Below, one piece after another: positions 63,101 to 64,000 of a DNA stretch of 64,000 nucleotides. Position 1 is the stretch's first letter. Each line of letters begins with the position of its first letter. The stretch lies in NCBI GenBank assembly GCA_036172245.1, contig JAYWIR010000072.1, positions 1-64,000 on the forward strand, read 5' to 3'. A program made the position numbers and the translations under genes. Source of the stretch: Raillietiella orientalis (Eukaryota). The notes under the pieces were generated by a model, which worked only from the letters and a program-made list of their open reading frames with translations, searched no databases and was not told the DNA's origin.

Positions 63101-64000
63101 GTCTCCAACTATCAGGTGTGCCTTCCGCACATTCGTGTCGGCCAGCCAATCGCGCTTCAGGGTTTCCAGCAGCCTGGTACGGTCGCTGTATCCCCCTTTT
63201 CCGCTCGAGGCGTACACTTTCGTGACGATCAATTCGATCGAGTCGGACCAGCTGAGAATCAGCTGACCGACCCGACCGTCGTCATCAAAGCGTACGCCCT
63301 TCACGGCAGCGTCGATGGCCGACTTGACGAAGAACGCGACCCCGCAGGTGTTGCGGGCGCCGCATCGCCAATGCAGTCGACTCCCCGCGATCGTCTTGAT
63401 TTCTTGCACGTCTGCCGAGGTGATCACGTGGATCTCCTGCAGCAGGGCCAGGTCGAAGTCGCGCAGGGTGTCGGACGTATCTCGTCTGTTGCCGTGGTCG
63501 CGCAGACCGTTGACGTTCCAATTGGCCACGCGGATTCGACGGCGACAGGCGAGCCCAGGTGTTATTCCTGGGAAATCGGCTGTGCGGCGTCCGCCACCTG
63601 TTGGGGCGGGACGCTAGGTGGAGGAGGAGGGACAGGTGCCTCTAGCACCTGGCCACCCTCTTCCATCGGTGACGGCGCGTCGGGTGATTCACCCTGAGGT
63701 GTGGTCGCGCCTACCTGATGGCCCTCCTCCATAGGGGTGGGCTCCTCAGGGTCCGCGACGGCAGGAGGGATTTCGCCCTTCTGCTCACCCTCCTCCATGG
63801 GGGTGTCCTGCTCGACGGCTTCCGCGCGTTGGAGCTCCCCCTCCGGGATTGCCACGCTGCCGGCGACTTCCTGCTTCTCCTCCTCGCTCGTAAAGGGGAG
63901 GCGCTTCCTCGGATTTTGGGACTTGCTTCCTGTCTTCCGGGGGGGTGCCTCCGAGGAGGCGGATGCACTTCCGGCTACCAGGTCGTACTCACCTGCGGAT
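60111..64000 (-). mobile_element. LINE subfamily D: ORF1 end, ORF2 (stops, frameshifts, internal deletion near 61055) and 3' UTR; continues past the window
   Basis: EN ORF 62471-63529, RT ORF 61192-62079 (DLHKAFD, QGDNLSP, YADD). Confidence 0.95.
63655..63810 (-). repeat. Three ~66-bp repeats encoding (T/S)PMEEG units at the subfamily D ORF1 C-terminus
   Basis: TPMEEGEQKG...TPMEEGHQVG...SPMEEGGQV; homologous units at 44935-45085 and 40815-40905. Confidence 0.8.

Noticed and set aside
1..64000. Bacterial RT systems (group II intron, retron, DGR, CRISPR-RT), LTR elements, CRISPR arrays, tRNA/rRNA
   Set aside because: All RTs sit in gag-APE-RT-ZnF non-LTR architecture. No integrase, LTRs, regular repeat-spacer arrays or structural RNA genes were seen, and spliceosomal introns indicate a eukaryote.

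Overview
Eukaryotic DNA with two very different parts. About 52 kb (1-10.56 kb and 22.0-64 kb) is a wall-to-wall mosaic of about 30 nested, mostly decayed L1/Tx1-like non-LTR retrotransposon segments from several subfamilies. Their ORF1 has an RRM-like region and two CCHC knuckles; ORF2 has an APE endonuclease, RT and a C-terminal CxxC...H...C finger. One near-intact full-length copy lies at 51305-56811 (-). The elements share a 5' terminal motif (CGGACGTGTTTTCTC-like), a TAATG-type ORF1/ORF2 stop-start overlap, and a hairpin-rich 3' end finishing in ...CCGGGTGAGAA with no poly(A) tail. They insert into one another almost always antisense. Three subfamilies recur at the same homologous host position: the EN 'QEI' site, the post-EN 'GFG' site and the RT 'KAFD' site. 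The AT-richer island (10.56-22 kb) is a large inverted duplication around a ~1.5 kb spacer that contains a perfect 26-bp hairpin. Its outer ends carry two divergently oriented, highly diverged paralogous genes with matching short introns (44 and 51 nt), encoding an unrecognised Cys-containing protein. Host species is not determinable. Subfamily letters are my own working labels, and alignments and identities were judged by eye.
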